From a virus: DNA of 64,000 nt. Below, piece by piece: positions 50,139-59,476 of the stretch. Position 1 is the stretch's first letter. The number at the start of each line of letters is the position of its first letter. The notes beneath the pieces are model-generated. The model was given only the letters and a program-made list of their open reading frames with translations. It searched no databases and was not told the origin of the DNA. The stretch lies in IMG/VR virus record IMGVR_UViG_3300008121_000011; one strand, 5' to 3'. The position numbers were made by a program, and so were the translations under genes.

Positions 50139-50549
50139 ATGAGTCGTAAAGTTCGTAGAGTCCCCACTGATTGGGATCATTGGAGTTATTCAGATCAGCC
50201 ATTATTCGACAATTTCAAAGCTGAACTAGCGCGATGGGATGAGCATAACGCTAACTGGGAGAAAGGGCTTTATTTTGATTACATCAATAAAACTTGGGCT
50301 CCAATCCCTAGTCAATACAAGGTTTATGAGTATAGCCAATGGGATAATCCACGCCCCGATCCTGCTGATTACATGCCAGATTGGGATGAATCAGAGCGTA
50401 CACATTATCAAGCTTACGAGAATGTGACTGAAGGTACTCCTATCTCACCAGTATTTGCAACTGAGGAAGAGATGATCGATTGGCTTGTACAAAATGAGTC
50501 AGGCGATCGCGGATATTGGGTTAACGCGATTAGGAATGGAATTTATTAA
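50139..50549 (+). CDS. Hypothetical Trp/Asp-rich protein (136 aa)
   Basis: RBS AAAGGAGTAAACC-ATG. First gene of the rightward operon. Confidence 0.55.
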   Translation: MSRKVRRVPTDWDHWSYSDQPLFDNFKAELARWDEHNANWEKGLYFDYINKTWAPIPSQYKVYEYSQWDNPRPDPADYMPDWDESERTHYQAYENVTEGTPISPVFATEEEMIDWLVQNESGDRGYWVNAIRNGIY

Positions 50550-50568
50550 TTTTTTGAGGGAAACAATC

Positions 50569-50847
50569 ATGATCAGAACAACAGCAGGGCAAATCAGCGC
50601 TTCATCCTATGGAGTAATCGACACTAAAGAGATTGCTTTATTCTTTGGTGCATCACAAACAGCGTCAATCATTGACTTGATTGATTATCCTATCGATTTA
50701 GATACACATAAACTAGCTGAGTTTGCATTGTCATTGCCTGATAACCAAGCGGCAACAATCACAGGATTGTTGGATGCAATTATTGGGATTGTCGCTATTG
50801 AATCGCAACCAATTGTAGGAATGACTGAGGTTTATTGTGATGACTAA
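50569..50847 (+). CDS. Hypothetical protein (92 aa)
   Basis: The ATG at 50569 has the RBS GAGGGAAACAATC. Confidence 0.45.
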   Translation: MIRTTAGQISASSYGVIDTKEIALFFGASQTASIIDLIDYPIDLDTHKLAEFALSLPDNQAATITGLLDAIIGIVAIESQPIVGMTEVYCDD

Positions 50848-50989
50848 ACCCGTAAACCACTACGCATCAACCACGCCGATGCCTGATTGGCTTGAGGCTG
50901 AGATTGTGGAATATCTTGCAGATATAGTTATTAACTTGGGATGGGCTTTGAAGACTGAAATTTGTAATTTTAGACATCACCGTGCATGA
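50840..50989 (+). CDS. Hypothetical protein (49 aa, below cutoff)
   Basis: MTKPVNHYASTTPMPDWLEAEIVEYLADIVINLGWALKTEICNFRHHRA*. Confidence 0.3.
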   Translation: MTKPVNHYASTTPMPDWLEAEIVEYLADIVINLGWALKTEICNFRHHRA

Positions 50990-51030
50990 CTAGCTAAGCT
51001 AAAATCGATAAAACCTACCTCCAAAATCAC

Positions 51031-51318
51031 ATGCTAAATACTTTGGATTTTGCCAGAAAAAAGCAGATAATCAGAAGTTTTCGAGAGGGGATTTATCAGA
51101 ATTTTAACTATAAGTGCGTATACTGCGGATCGCTAGCACAATCTCTAGATCACGCAAAGCCCAAGGCAAAAGGTGGCGAAACAGTGGCAAGCAACTTATT
51201 ACCTGCTTGCTTGCCTTGTAATCGCGATAAAGGTAGCCAAGAGCTATTTGCGTGGTATAGAGCGCGGTACTACTGGACTCAAGAGCGTGAAGCGGCGATC
51301 GCGAATTGGATTAATTAA
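51031..51318 (+). CDS. HNH endonuclease
   Basis: CVYCGS...LDHAKPKAKGG...NLLPACLPCNRDKG. Confidence 0.8.
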   Translation: MLNTLDFARKKQIIRSFREGIYQNFNYKCVYCGSLAQSLDHAKPKAKGGETVASNLLPACLPCNRDKGSQELFAWYRARYYWTQEREAAIANWIN

Positions 51319-51329
51319 TAACCCACGGC

Positions 51330-51369
51330 AAAAAGAGAGAGCGATCGCAATGATCGCTCTCTCTTTTTG
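51330..51369. terminator. Bidirectional rho-independent terminator
   Basis: A5-GAGAGAGCGATC-(GCAAT)-GATCGCTCTCTC-T5. Confidence 0.65.
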
Positions 51370-51492
51370 CCTATTTATAAGGCTTAGGCTTTGGCTTACC
51401 TTTGGGCTTGGGCTTCATTTTCATGGCAGTGGTTTTGTGGCTTTACACTTTTATTATCGCAGATTGTCCTCAAGATTTAATTTAATAGATCA

Positions 51493-51666
51493 TCACTCAA
51501 TTCTAGTATTAGTAACAACGATCGCCGCTAGCTCACGGTTGATCTTGCTGCGTAGTTCAATCAGTTGAGCGCGTAACGCTTTTTCGTCTAAGCCCCTGTT
51601 TTGGGCGGAGTATTTCATCTCGTCGGTTAGGGCATACAGCCTTGTGAAGTCTGTCGTTTTACACAT
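51493..51666 (-). CDS. Hypothetical protein (57 aa from the ATG at 51666)
   Basis: MCKTTDFTRLYALTDEMKYSAQNRGLDEKALRAQLIELRSKINRELAAIVVTNTRIE*. The longer track ORF (to 51867) overlaps the upstream gene in another frame. Confidence 0.4.
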   Translation of the reverse strand: MCKTTDFTRLYALTDEMKYSAQNRGLDEKALRAQLIELRSKINRELAAIVVTNTRIE

Positions 51667-52246
51667 AGGAGTAAATGAGTTTTTGAATATCCTGGTATTT
51701 AAGCATATGTTGCCAGTTGCCAAGTTGAATCCATTCGATAGATGTATTTTTGAATAGCTGTGGAGACTCATCGCATTGCTTGCATGGAATCGTAGGGTTG
51801 ACGGTGCATTTAAGATATTGCGAATCCGCAAAGTAAGGACACTGCTTATAAACTTCAATACTCTCACTTAGGAAGTAATCCTCCAAAGCCTTGTAAAGCA
51901 AAGGATGTAAACAACCTTGAAACGACCCGCCATATATCCGCAAAGCTATCCCTAGATTATTTGTGGCAAGGGCATAACCGATTAGGTTGAAGCAAACATT
52001 AAAGCCAGTTCCCATCTCTTTTATTGTGAACCCGTTGTCACTAATCCGTAGACCTTTAGGGTAAAAGAATAGTTGCCTTTCAGGGAATAACTCTAGAGCG
52101 ATTCCTTCAAGGTCAAAGCCTAGATTGTTCATTTGCTGGATTAGTTTTTTGGTGTTTTGGTTGCTCTCTAGAACTAGTTCATGAGCTGCTTCTAATTTGT
52201 CGTTAGTGCAGTGAAAGCGATCGCTTAGCCAGTAGATTTCGATCAT
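51659..52246 (-). CDS. Hypothetical protein (195 aa)
   Basis: The ATG at 52246 is ATGA-coupled to the upstream gene. Confidence 0.5.
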   Translation of the reverse strand: MIEIYWLSDRFHCTNDKLEAAHELVLESNQNTKKLIQQMNNLGFDLEGIALELFPERQLFFYPKGLRISDNGFTIKEMGTGFNVCFNLIGYALATNNLGIALRIYGGSFQGCLHPLLYKALEDYFLSESIEVYKQCPYFADSQYLKCTVNPTIPCKQCDESPQLFKNTSIEWIQLGNWQHMLKYQDIQKLIYSYV

Positions 52247-52458
52247 TTTGCTAACCTCTGGAAATAGTGGCAAGTGTATCTGTTACCAGTCTTAATCACA
52301 ACGTTACCGCCCTTTTTGCGACATAGCCTAGAAGCCTCTTGATTGCTTCTAGCTGTGATTTTACCAAGGTCAGAGAAGCCATTGCCAACGGTGCGGTTAA
52401 CTTGTGCGATCGCAGGGGTGGAAATAGAAAGCAATGCGAGGATTAGTAGACATTTCAT
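52243..52458 (-). CDS. Small secreted protein (signal peptide)
   Basis: MKCLLILALLSISTPAIAQV has an AxA cleavage-type site. Confidence 0.5.
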   Translation of the reverse strand: MKCLLILALLSISTPAIAQVNRTVGNGFSDLGKITARSNQEASRLCRKKGGNVVIKTGNRYTCHYFQRLAK

Positions 52459-52529
52459 GGTTTAATATTTGGTAGAAATGCAGTTTTTCGGGTTTCAGCG
52501 ATCGCTTGTCATGGGGCGATCGCTGATTT

Positions 52530-52706
52530 TTAATGAAGTAGCAAAATAGCTTGATTGATTAAATCATCTCGCGATTCGTAGCCTAGCTCTTTCCAATTGT
52601 TAAGCAGTGATAGATTCTCAGGAATGGCTTTGAATCGGAAAAAGGTTTTTGCTTTACCAGTGTTTGGTCTAGCGCCGCCTCGTCCGATGCCTTTGGATTT
52701 AGTCAT
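52530..52706 (-). CDS. Hypothetical basic protein (58 aa, below cutoff)
   Basis: MTKSKGIGRGGARPNTGKAKTFFRFKAIPENLSLLNNWKELGYESRDDLINQAILLLH*. The N-terminal GRGG.RP motif resembles that of ORF 42190-42498. Confidence 0.35.
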   Translation of the reverse strand: MTKSKGIGRGGARPNTGKAKTFFRFKAIPENLSLLNNWKELGYESRDDLINQAILLLH

Positions 52707-52857
52707 AGTCGCTTAGCTTTTCCCATAAATGAGCAATTAAACGATTGCGAGAATCGAAAGAAGAAAAACTCATACAAAATAGCCACCAGCTAAAATTTTG
52801 TTTCACTTGCCAAAAGCCAAAAAGAATTGAATAGTAAATTTCTAATAAGTTGTCCAT
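52699..52857 (-). CDS. Hypothetical hydrophobic protein (52 aa, below cutoff)
   Basis: MDNLLEIYYSILFGFWQVKQNFSWWLFCMSF... Confidence 0.2.
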   Translation of the reverse strand: MDNLLEIYYSILFGFWQVKQNFSWWLFCMSFSSFDSRNRLIAHLWEKLSDYD

Positions 52858-52910
52858 GATGCTTTATCCTTTTACGAATCGGGTAGCGAACCCGTGAAAC
52901 GCTAGTTAAT

Positions 52911-53210
52911 TTAACGAATGACGTTTACTTCTTTTTCAAAAAGTTGAATAAACAATTCTTTAGGAATATCAGATTCAAAAGCTTCAACTTCTTTGTCATC
53001 ATCTTCAAGTGGTTTTACTTGAAACGCTTCGTCAAGCCATTCAGTATTTGCATAATCAAGATCTTGATCATCAAATTCATTTTGCCAAGCTTCAATTGCC
53101 TCTTTAGCATCTTGATGAATACGATCAGTTAATCCGCTTAGGAAGCGTTCATCACTATTTTCTTCCGACTTAAAATAAACGCCTTGGTTCTTGATATAAA
53201 AATGTGCCAT
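52911..53210 (-). CDS. Hypothetical acidic protein (99 aa)
   Basis: ATG ORF rich in D/E (a DNA-mimic-like composition). No family assigned. Confidence 0.45.
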   Translation of the reverse strand: MAHFYIKNQGVYFKSEENSDERFLSGLTDRIHQDAKEAIEAWQNEFDDQDLDYANTEWLDEAFQVKPLEDDDKEVEAFESDIPKELFIQLFEKEVNVIR

Positions 53211-53324
53211 GATGCGTTATCTCCTTTGTGTTACTTGTGTTTGCGGCTTTCTCTCTCAGCCATGAATACATTAAAACATCATCCCTTTGAATTGTCAACT
53301 AATTCATAGGGATAGGGTTTAATC

Positions 53325-54377
53325 TTAATATTTGGTTACAATTGGGGAATATTGAATGATCGATTGCAAAATCTTTTGATACATCAGGGAAGGTACTGAG
53401 TTACCGATAATTTTGCCGTCTAATGACTTTTTGCCACTCCACTGATAGTTATCAGGAAACGACTGTAAACGAGCTAAGCAAGCAATGTCTAGAGCTACGA
53501 TACGAGTGTTTAATATGGCGTTAGCCCTGTGATAATGCCCATCTTGACCCATTGCTCGTAATGTCCAACACGGCTCTGTTGCCTCTCGTGCTTGGAGTTC
53601 GCGATCGCTTCTTGCTCCTGTGTTTTCGATTAAAACGCAACGAGTAGGATGCTTATCAATAGTTGCTGTTTGAGTAAAACAAGGTCTATCAGGCGATCGC
53701 ATATCTGGAATTTTATTGTCGTGGCTAACATAAGTTCCTGACAATAGCAATGATTCTGTAAGTTCTTTAGGCAATGCCTTCCACTGCCAAGCCACCAGAT
53801 CGCTATCAGGTAAATCATGCACCTTATCAGCGATCGCCTGATACCATCCAATATGCTTTTCAGGCAGTGGCAACGATGGAATAAAGCCATCTTTGACAGC
53901 AATTAAAATCAATCGGCGGCGCGATTGCGGGACTCCAAAATCAGCAGCGTTAAGTACCTGCCAATTACAGAAATATCCAAGCTTGTGAAGCATCTCAACA
54001 ATCAAATGGAATGATTTAGATTTGCGATATGCTTCCACGTTCTCAAGGGTAAAATGCTTAGGCTGTAGTACTTGGATAAATTCTGCTACCTTTTGGGCGC
54101 AGTCAATATCAAGCTGTGCTTCTCCCTTGTTTGCGTTAGCTGTTGAAAATTGCTTACAGACTGGGCTAGCGTGAAGAATATCGGGCTTTTCAAAGCGATA
54201 CGGATCGCAATCAAGAATATTAGCAACATGCATTTTGCCGCCTATATTTGCTTTGTGGATTTCAGCGATCGCAGGATCATATTCCACTGATTCACATGGT
54301 TCTAGTCCTGCGGCGATCGCTCCTAAATCTGCACCACCGCCACCAGCAAATAATGCTGTAAATGTTTTTTTACTCAT
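53325..54377 (-). CDS. DNA (cytosine-5)-methyltransferase
   Basis: The motifs are I 'FAGGGGADLG', IV 'SPVCKQFS', VI 'LENVEAY', VIII 'QSRRRL' and X 'GNSVP'. The ATG at 54377 is ATGA-coupled. Confidence 0.85.
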   Translation of the reverse strand: MSKKTFTALFAGGGGADLGAIAAGLEPCESVEYDPAIAEIHKANIGGKMHVANILDCDPYRFEKPDILHASPVCKQFSTANANKGEAQLDIDCAQKVAEFIQVLQPKHFTLENVEAYRKSKSFHLIVEMLHKLGYFCNWQVLNAADFGVPQSRRRLILIAVKDGFIPSLPLPEKHIGWYQAIADKVHDLPDSDLVAWQWKALPKELTESLLLSGTYVSHDNKIPDMRSPDRPCFTQTATIDKHPTRCVLIENTGARSDRELQAREATEPCWTLRAMGQDGHYHRANAILNTRIVALDIACLARLQSFPDNYQWSGKKSLDGKIIGNSVPSLMYQKILQSIIQYSPIVTKY

Positions 54378-54655
54378 TGCACTAGCTCCACCAACTCGCA
54401 TTCATAAGCAAAAAGATTGTCAGCAATCTCACCCTGACTAGAACCGCCTTTTGCTAAATAATCAAAACAACGCTCTGATGCGATCGCTGATTCTGGTAGC
54501 TGATAAACTTTATTGCCAATATATGCAAAGTGTTGGGTAACGTGAGCATCAGTATAACCCATCTCTCGCAAGGCAAGAGCTAATGGTGACTTACTAGGAT
54601 ACTTTGCGGCGGCGATGTGCGCGGCGGTTACAGACACTTTGATTGTACTTAGCAT
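54374..54655 (-). CDS. Hypothetical protein (93 aa)
   Basis: Coupled ORF. Confidence 0.45.
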   Translation of the reverse strand: MLSTIKVSVTAAHIAAAKYPSKSPLALALREMGYTDAHVTQHFAYIGNKVYQLPESAIASERCFDYLAKGGSSQGEIADNLFAYECELVELVQ

Positions 54656-55044
54656 CGCTTCAACCTCTTGACTACTTCCTTTTTGTACTGCTCTTTCTTC
54701 TCTTCTTTCACCCGCTTCGCCTTAGCCACGGGATGAGCTAGCTCTGATTCAAGGAAATCGGCTAGTTCGGCGGGGTTGCCTTGTTCGTCTACGATCGCAT
54801 AATCATAGTTAGGATTGTCAGTCTGATGGCGTTCCATTATGAGACGCAATACATCAAGTCGGGCGGTGTACTTGGTTACATCTTCATCTTTGCGGATGGT
54901 GCGGATGAGTTTAAATTTCTTATCGCTCATTTGCTTCTTTTGCCAATAGTGTAGCCAAGGGTAAAAGAAGAAATACATAAAGACACTAGACAACAAATCA
55001 CAGTAAAAATAGATACTCCGATCATAATCAACTCCTCGCAACAC
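54649..55044 (-). CDS. Hypothetical protein (start uncertain; up to 131 aa)
   Basis: The track start is a TTG. Internal ATGs lie at about 54978 and 54930. The C-terminal part is charged. Confidence 0.4.
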   Translation of the reverse strand: MLRGVDYDRSIYFYCDLLSSVFMYFFFYPWLHYWQKKQMSDKKFKLIRTIRKDEDVTKYTARLDVLRLIMERHQTDNPNYDYAIVDEQGNPAELADFLESELAHPVAKAKRVKEEKKEQYKKEVVKRLKRC

Positions 55045-55288
55045 TACAAGCAGCTAAAAAGTTAGCTAGAGTCAGGTGATCAGCACCTGTGAGATATGGC
55101 TCGGATTCTGTTTCGCTTGTGTACTTTCTGGCGACCCAGCATAGTTGAGGTACAGAAGATTCAAACTCAATCCCCTCAATTATCATCGGGATATCTTTCT
55201 GTAAATAGCAGTAGGTATATCCATCTAAAGTAATTGTGCGTCCTTCCATTAGTTCGCTAACGGCTTTTTCTGCGTAGGTTTTAGACAT
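55028..55288 (-). CDS. Hypothetical protein (86 aa)
   Basis: ATG ORF. Confidence 0.45.
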   Translation of the reverse strand: MSKTYAEKAVSELMEGRTITLDGYTYCYLQKDIPMIIEGIEFESSVPQLCWVARKYTSETESEPYLTGADHLTLANFLAACSVARS

Positions 55289-55331
55289 AGTTGTAATGTT
55301 AAGGCGGCATTGCGCCGCCTGTGAGTGTGGG

Positions 55332-55904
55332 TTAGTTAGCTGTTAAGCGCTTAGGAACACGAAGCGAAATCAATTGGAAGTCTTTAACATTGAAGCCACT
55401 TCCAGTCTTTTTAGTGCCTTGATAAATGATCTTGTAAGGTTCTCCAACAGTCGCACCGTCAAAAGCATCAACTAGGATCGTGCCGCCGTTCATGTAGGCG
55501 TTAACGCAATCATCTTCACGTTGCAACCAAGCGACACATTCAATCTTTTTAAGCTCTCCCTTGTCAGCTTTTTCAATGATCTTTTTACCCATGTAAACAA
55601 TGCGATATTCTTTGCCTTCATCGGATTTGTCAAACTCCTTGTAACGAGGGGTAAAGTTCATCCCATCTTCGTAAGTTTCGATCTCATCCAAGGTGTTTAG
55701 CACTTGTTCAAGTGTGCTAGCGCTGACTTTTACAGGTGTTGCAGTCAGTCCAGTATCATTGTCTTTATCATTCAATAAAGCAATAGATTCTGATTCTTGC
55801 CTTACTGCGAGTTGATTAGATCCAGCTTGATTGGCTTCATAGACAGCCATCAAATCGGTTTTAGGCGCTTCTGTGAATTGTTCTTGCTCTTTAGCTTTCG
55901 CCAT
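55332..55904 (-). CDS. Hypothetical protein (190 aa)
   Basis: The ATG at 55904 has the RBS AAGGAA. Confidence 0.5.
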   Translation of the reverse strand: MAKAKEQEQFTEAPKTDLMAVYEANQAGSNQLAVRQESESIALLNDKDNDTGLTATPVKVSASTLEQVLNTLDEIETYEDGMNFTPRYKEFDKSDEGKEYRIVYMGKKIIEKADKGELKKIECVAWLQREDDCVNAYMNGGTILVDAFDGATVGEPYKIIYQGTKKTGSGFNVKDFQLISLRVPKRLTAN

Positions 55905-55985
55905 AATAATTATTCCTTGTAAATAAATGACTCTGTATTGAGCCAATGCAATCGCCAAAATACTGCGAGGATGGCGATCGCTGAT

Positions 55986-56423
55986 TTAATTGATAGTTGC
56001 TACAGAGGCATTATTCCTGATAGCGTATCCAAACTCCTTGCAGAGCTTATTAATTAACGATTGGTGAAGATCAATAATTTTAAGTTCCCATTTACCCTCA
56101 AAAACTCTTTCTGATTCTCTTAACTCCATAAATAGAAATGGAATAGGTTTGTTAGTTTTTTTGCACTCGTAAGCGCTTTTAGTAAAGCGATCAATCATTG
56201 CATTAGCATCTTTTTTAGTTGTAAATCCAATGTATGCAGTAACCTCCCATCCATGACGGGATAAAGGATCTGACATAACGACTAAGCGATCGCCTAAGAT
56301 AGCTAACTCAAACCCTAAATCCGCTGATTCAGTAATTGCTAATTCTTTTTTTAATGAAATGATCGCATCATTTAAGGTGCTGATTTCTGCTTTTAGTACG
56401 GCTGATACCGATGGTAAAGTCAT
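55986..56423 (-). CDS. Hypothetical protein (145 aa)
   Basis: Its ATG shares one base with the upstream stop. Confidence 0.5.
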   Translation of the reverse strand: MTLPSVSAVLKAEISTLNDAIISLKKELAITESADLGFELAILGDRLVVMSDPLSRHGWEVTAYIGFTTKKDANAMIDRFTKSAYECKKTNKPIPFLFMELRESERVFEGKWELKIIDLHQSLINKLCKEFGYAIRNNASVATIN

Positions 56424-56689
56424 TATTGTTCACTCTCTAGCTCAGATTTATCAACTTTTTGACCGTACTTAGTAAACGATTCTGTATAGTCTGGAGTGTG
56501 TTTTTTGTAGCTTGGTGGAACGTTGATTTTAACTGTTTCCTTGGCTACTTCAAATAAGGTGTCAAACACTTCGCCAATGTCATCACCTTCATCGCAACTA
56601 GCCCAAATAATAGCGCCGATCTCTGCTGCTTCGTAGTTGCCTAAATTGAACTTACGCTTATATTCAGCTCCAACTTTTTCTAATCTCAT
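56423..56689 (-). CDS. Hypothetical protein (88 aa)
   Basis: ATG ORF. Confidence 0.45.
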   Translation of the reverse strand: MRLEKVGAEYKRKFNLGNYEAAEIGAIIWASCDEGDDIGEVFDTLFEVAKETVKINVPPSYKKHTPDYTESFTKYGQKVDKSELESEQ

Positions 56690-56957
56690 GATGTTTACCT
56701 GTGTGGATTAATGTTAATAGCGATCGCCCAAATAATAGGCGATAAGAATGCGACGCAAAGCCAGTAAAGCATTTGCTGATGGTAGTAGTAGTCGTATGGG
56801 GTCATGTGCTAAACCTCCGTTAGCTCTTCTTCTTTGACGGGTCTTTCAACCCTATTACCACAGCGGATCAAATAATCGTATCCTGCGACGTTGCCTAGAG
56901 TGTCGATTATTGTGGCGATCGCGCCTTGGTAAAGGACTTGCTGCGATGGTTTGTACA

Positions 56958-57539
56958 TTAGATTAATGCTCCGCAACCGTAACGAGCGCTAAACACAAAA
57001 GCGTCATCGCCAAAGTTATCGCGTGGCGAATAGGTGGATTGAAAATCATCGGCTGTCAATGCGCCTTGAGCTGCGATACGAGCGGCGCGATCTAGCTCCC
57101 ATTGATCAATCTTAGCTACGGTTTCGCAAATAGCAGGGGTAGCAGGAAGCAGATCTTCGTATGCTTGCTTAGCTTCAGTGGCGATCGCTGCATCGCTTTT
57201 AGCTTTGACAATCTCTAGGGAGATTTCATCTAGCACTTGCCAAGCATTTGCTTTTGTGGTCGTGTAGTAATCACCATGATTACTGCTAATCTGTTCGCCA
57301 AGTTCATTAAACTTTGGGGGGAAAAGAGTGATACCTTTTGGATAGAGTTGAATTTCTACACCCATAGACTTAGCGCGATCGCTAATCTCTTGTAGTGAGC
57401 GGGATTTTGGGGCGCGTGGTTTAGTGATACCAGCGCGTTTGTTAGACTCTCTTACCATCGCATGAGCGTCTCTGGCTGCGATTGTAGATGTGCTGCGGCG
57501 GAGATCGTAACCGCCAATGATTTGGAATGTGTCTGACAT
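56958..57539 (-). CDS. Hypothetical protein (193 aa), first gene of a leftward operon
   Basis: ATG ORF next to a divergent control region. Confidence 0.5.
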   Translation of the reverse strand: MSDTFQIIGGYDLRRSTSTIAARDAHAMVRESNKRAGITKPRAPKSRSLQEISDRAKSMGVEIQLYPKGITLFPPKFNELGEQISSNHGDYYTTTKANAWQVLDEISLEIVKAKSDAAIATEAKQAYEDLLPATPAICETVAKIDQWELDRAARIAAQGALTADDFQSTYSPRDNFGDDAFVFSARYGCGALI

Positions 57540-57678
57540 GATGCGTTACCTTTGCTTGCTTGTGTTTTCTTAACTGTAAATACAATAACACGAATAGCTC
57601 AAAATAAAACATTAAAATAAATATTCTTTTTTACTCAAAGTATGATACCTTGTAAATGTACTGATTAGTAAGGCATAC

Positions 57679-57864
57679 ATGGCTATTGAAACTAAACAAA
57701 TTATTCGTGGCGCTCGTAAAACGTTGTCTATACAGTTAGAAGATTTGGAAACATTGAAGAGGTTGAAGCGGGGCAAAGAAAGTCTTGCTGTGACTTTCCA
57801 TCGCATTGTAGATAACGCTGAAATGTATGACGCAATCATGAAAGCTGGAGAGGCTAAATCATGA
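57679..57864 (+). CDS. Hypothetical small protein (61 aa)
   Basis: ATG ORF, ATGA-coupled to the next gene. Confidence 0.4.
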   Translation: MAIETKQIIRGARKTLSIQLEDLETLKRLKRGKESLAVTFHRIVDNAEMYDAIMKAGEAKS

Positions 57865-58118
57865 TTGAAGGTGTTTTGATCTTTGTGATCGCGGTTTCCT
57901 ATGGCAGCATCATTAAGATTGTTTCTGACGGTAAATATTACTCAAGTGAATACAATTACTCAGGGACATATCTATATTGGTTTTTAGTTGGCTGGTTTGT
58001 ATTTCCTTTTTGGGTTATCTATAAATTCTGGAAATGGTTTTTAACTGAGATGCCAAGTCAAATCAAGGAATGGAGAAGAGAAAGAAGATGGAGAAGAGAA
58101 AGAAGATGCAGCAAATAG
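57861..58118 (+). CDS. Membrane protein (85 aa) with an Arg/Glu-repeat tail
   Basis: Has two TM-like stretches. The tail EWRRERRWRRERR is encoded by an 18-bp tandem repeat. Confidence 0.4.
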   Translation: MIEGVLIFVIAVSYGSIIKIVSDGKYYSSEYNYSGTYLYWFLVGWFVFPFWVIYKFWKWFLTEMPSQIKEWRRERRWRRERRCSK

Positions 58119-58540
58119 AAGACCAAAAAGTCCTACACTCAGTAGAAAACCTCACGCATCTATACCGCGCTCGACGGTATAACACTGGTAATCGTAGTCT
58201 GTCGCTACCTTATCAGCATATTTACTTTGGTGATACTGCTTTTTCATGGCTGAATTTTATCGGTAAATCAGTATCTAATACTTGGCTAACCTTGTACGAG
58301 CCTTGCCCTGTAGTGAAAACTACGGCGATGGAAATCATTGTGGTATCACAGGATCTATCGCCAGAAATCCTAGAAATATTTCCAGACCTCTACAAGGGCG
58401 GTAGATTCCATGTCAACAAAGCCAAGCTACAGCAATCAGGCAGGGCTTATCACTCGCGGCACGGCGAGTATTTCTATATTGATGTGCCTGATAGCGCGAT
58501 CGCATTAGAAAGTAAAGAATTATTGGAGGTTGCATTGTGA
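58106..58540 (+). CDS. Hypothetical protein (144 aa from the ATG at 58106)
   Basis: The track start at 58070 lies inside the 18-bp tandem repeat. MQQIEDQK... is the more likely start. Confidence 0.45.
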   Translation: MQQIEDQKVLHSVENLTHLYRARRYNTGNRSLSLPYQHIYFGDTAFSWLNFIGKSVSNTWLTLYEPCPVVKTTAMEIIVVSQDLSPEILEIFPDLYKGGRFHVNKAKLQQSGRAYHSRHGEYFYIDVPDSAIALESKELLEVAL

Positions 58541-58599
58541 AATACGCTGGCGCTGAATGGCTGCAAAACCAAATCAACTACAGAAAAAATCCTTTTTAA

Positions 58600-58920
58600 T
58601 TGTCGGATTTTGCCAAAGAAATCGCTGATATTATGGGGCAAGTTGAGGCGGGTTTATACCATTGGGAAAATGTTGTTTCTAATAAAGGCTGGCAAGGCGG
58701 CGATCGCATTGATTTAAATTACCCTTGTAAATTAAGGACTGGCTTTTTTGGCGGCTCATTAACTTTGCTTGTACTGCTATGCCATGCCAAAAAGATTCAA
58801 CTCACGATCGCGCCTTGTTCTCCTATATCGCTCAAATTGTCTTTTGTAAAAGCATTAGAGCAATCAACTATCGACGATGCGATTGAAACCCTAAAAGATA
58901 CTGTAGAGGCTATTTTATGA
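58600..58920 (+). CDS. Hypothetical protein (106 aa, TTG start in the track)
   Basis: Start uncertain. Confidence 0.35.
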   Translation: MSDFAKEIADIMGQVEAGLYHWENVVSNKGWQGGDRIDLNYPCKLRTGFFGGSLTLLVLLCHAKKIQLTIAPCSPISLKLSFVKALEQSTIDDAIETLKDTVEAIL

Positions 58921-59132
58921 ATCAACAAATCAAGATCGCCTACCTACTCCAGCGATTTATCTCAGATCGCAACGAGTGGAAAACACTGAGATCCAACAAG
59001 AAAGAATCTGATGCAATCAAGTTACTGAAGCGGATGAGATTGCGTCATCCTGAATTACAGTATCGGGTTGCGATTGAAGAAGAGACTACTACGATTACTG
59101 TTGTAAAGGTTGTTAGAGGGATTGAATTATGA
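58917..59132 (+). CDS. Hypothetical protein (71 aa)
   Basis: ATGA-coupled. Confidence 0.45.
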   Translation: MNQQIKIAYLLQRFISDRNEWKTLRSNKKESDAIKLLKRMRLRHPELQYRVAIEEETTTITVVKVVRGIEL

Positions 59133-59476
59133 TCTTTGAACTCAGTCGCGACTACGCCCGCGCATGGCAATTGATACAGCAAGGCGATCGATTAGCATGT
59201 GAGTATGATCGCCGTATTCATAGAGATGTTAGCAAGTGTTCAATAGGTGACACGAGTACGATTGCTATTAGTTCGCAAATGCTTGTTGCTTTGTATTTAC
59301 CTACAGCTCTTGATGATTTCGCCAAGCGTTGCACAGAGCTTAATACTGAATTTTATCTACCACTTGCTGACAATACGATCGTGATTTCTGAGGAGCGTTT
59401 AACAGAAATAACCTCAAAAGTCATTGACAGGAATTTTGAAAATTTAAAAAAATATCGTAAGGGAGAAGCATCATGA
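59129..59476 (+). CDS. Hypothetical protein (115 aa)
   Basis: ATGA-coupled. Confidence 0.45.
   Translation: MIFELSRDYARAWQLIQQGDRLACEYDRRIHRDVSKCSIGDTSTIAISSQMLVALYLPTALDDFAKRCTELNTEFYLPLADNTIVISEERLTEITSKVIDRNFENLKKYRKGEAS

Noticed and set aside
51493-51867. 124-aa version of the minus-strand ORF
   Set aside because: Its 5' two-thirds overlap the 195-aa gene (51659-52246) in another frame. An ATG at 51666, overlapping the upstream stop, gives a plausible 57-aa product instead.
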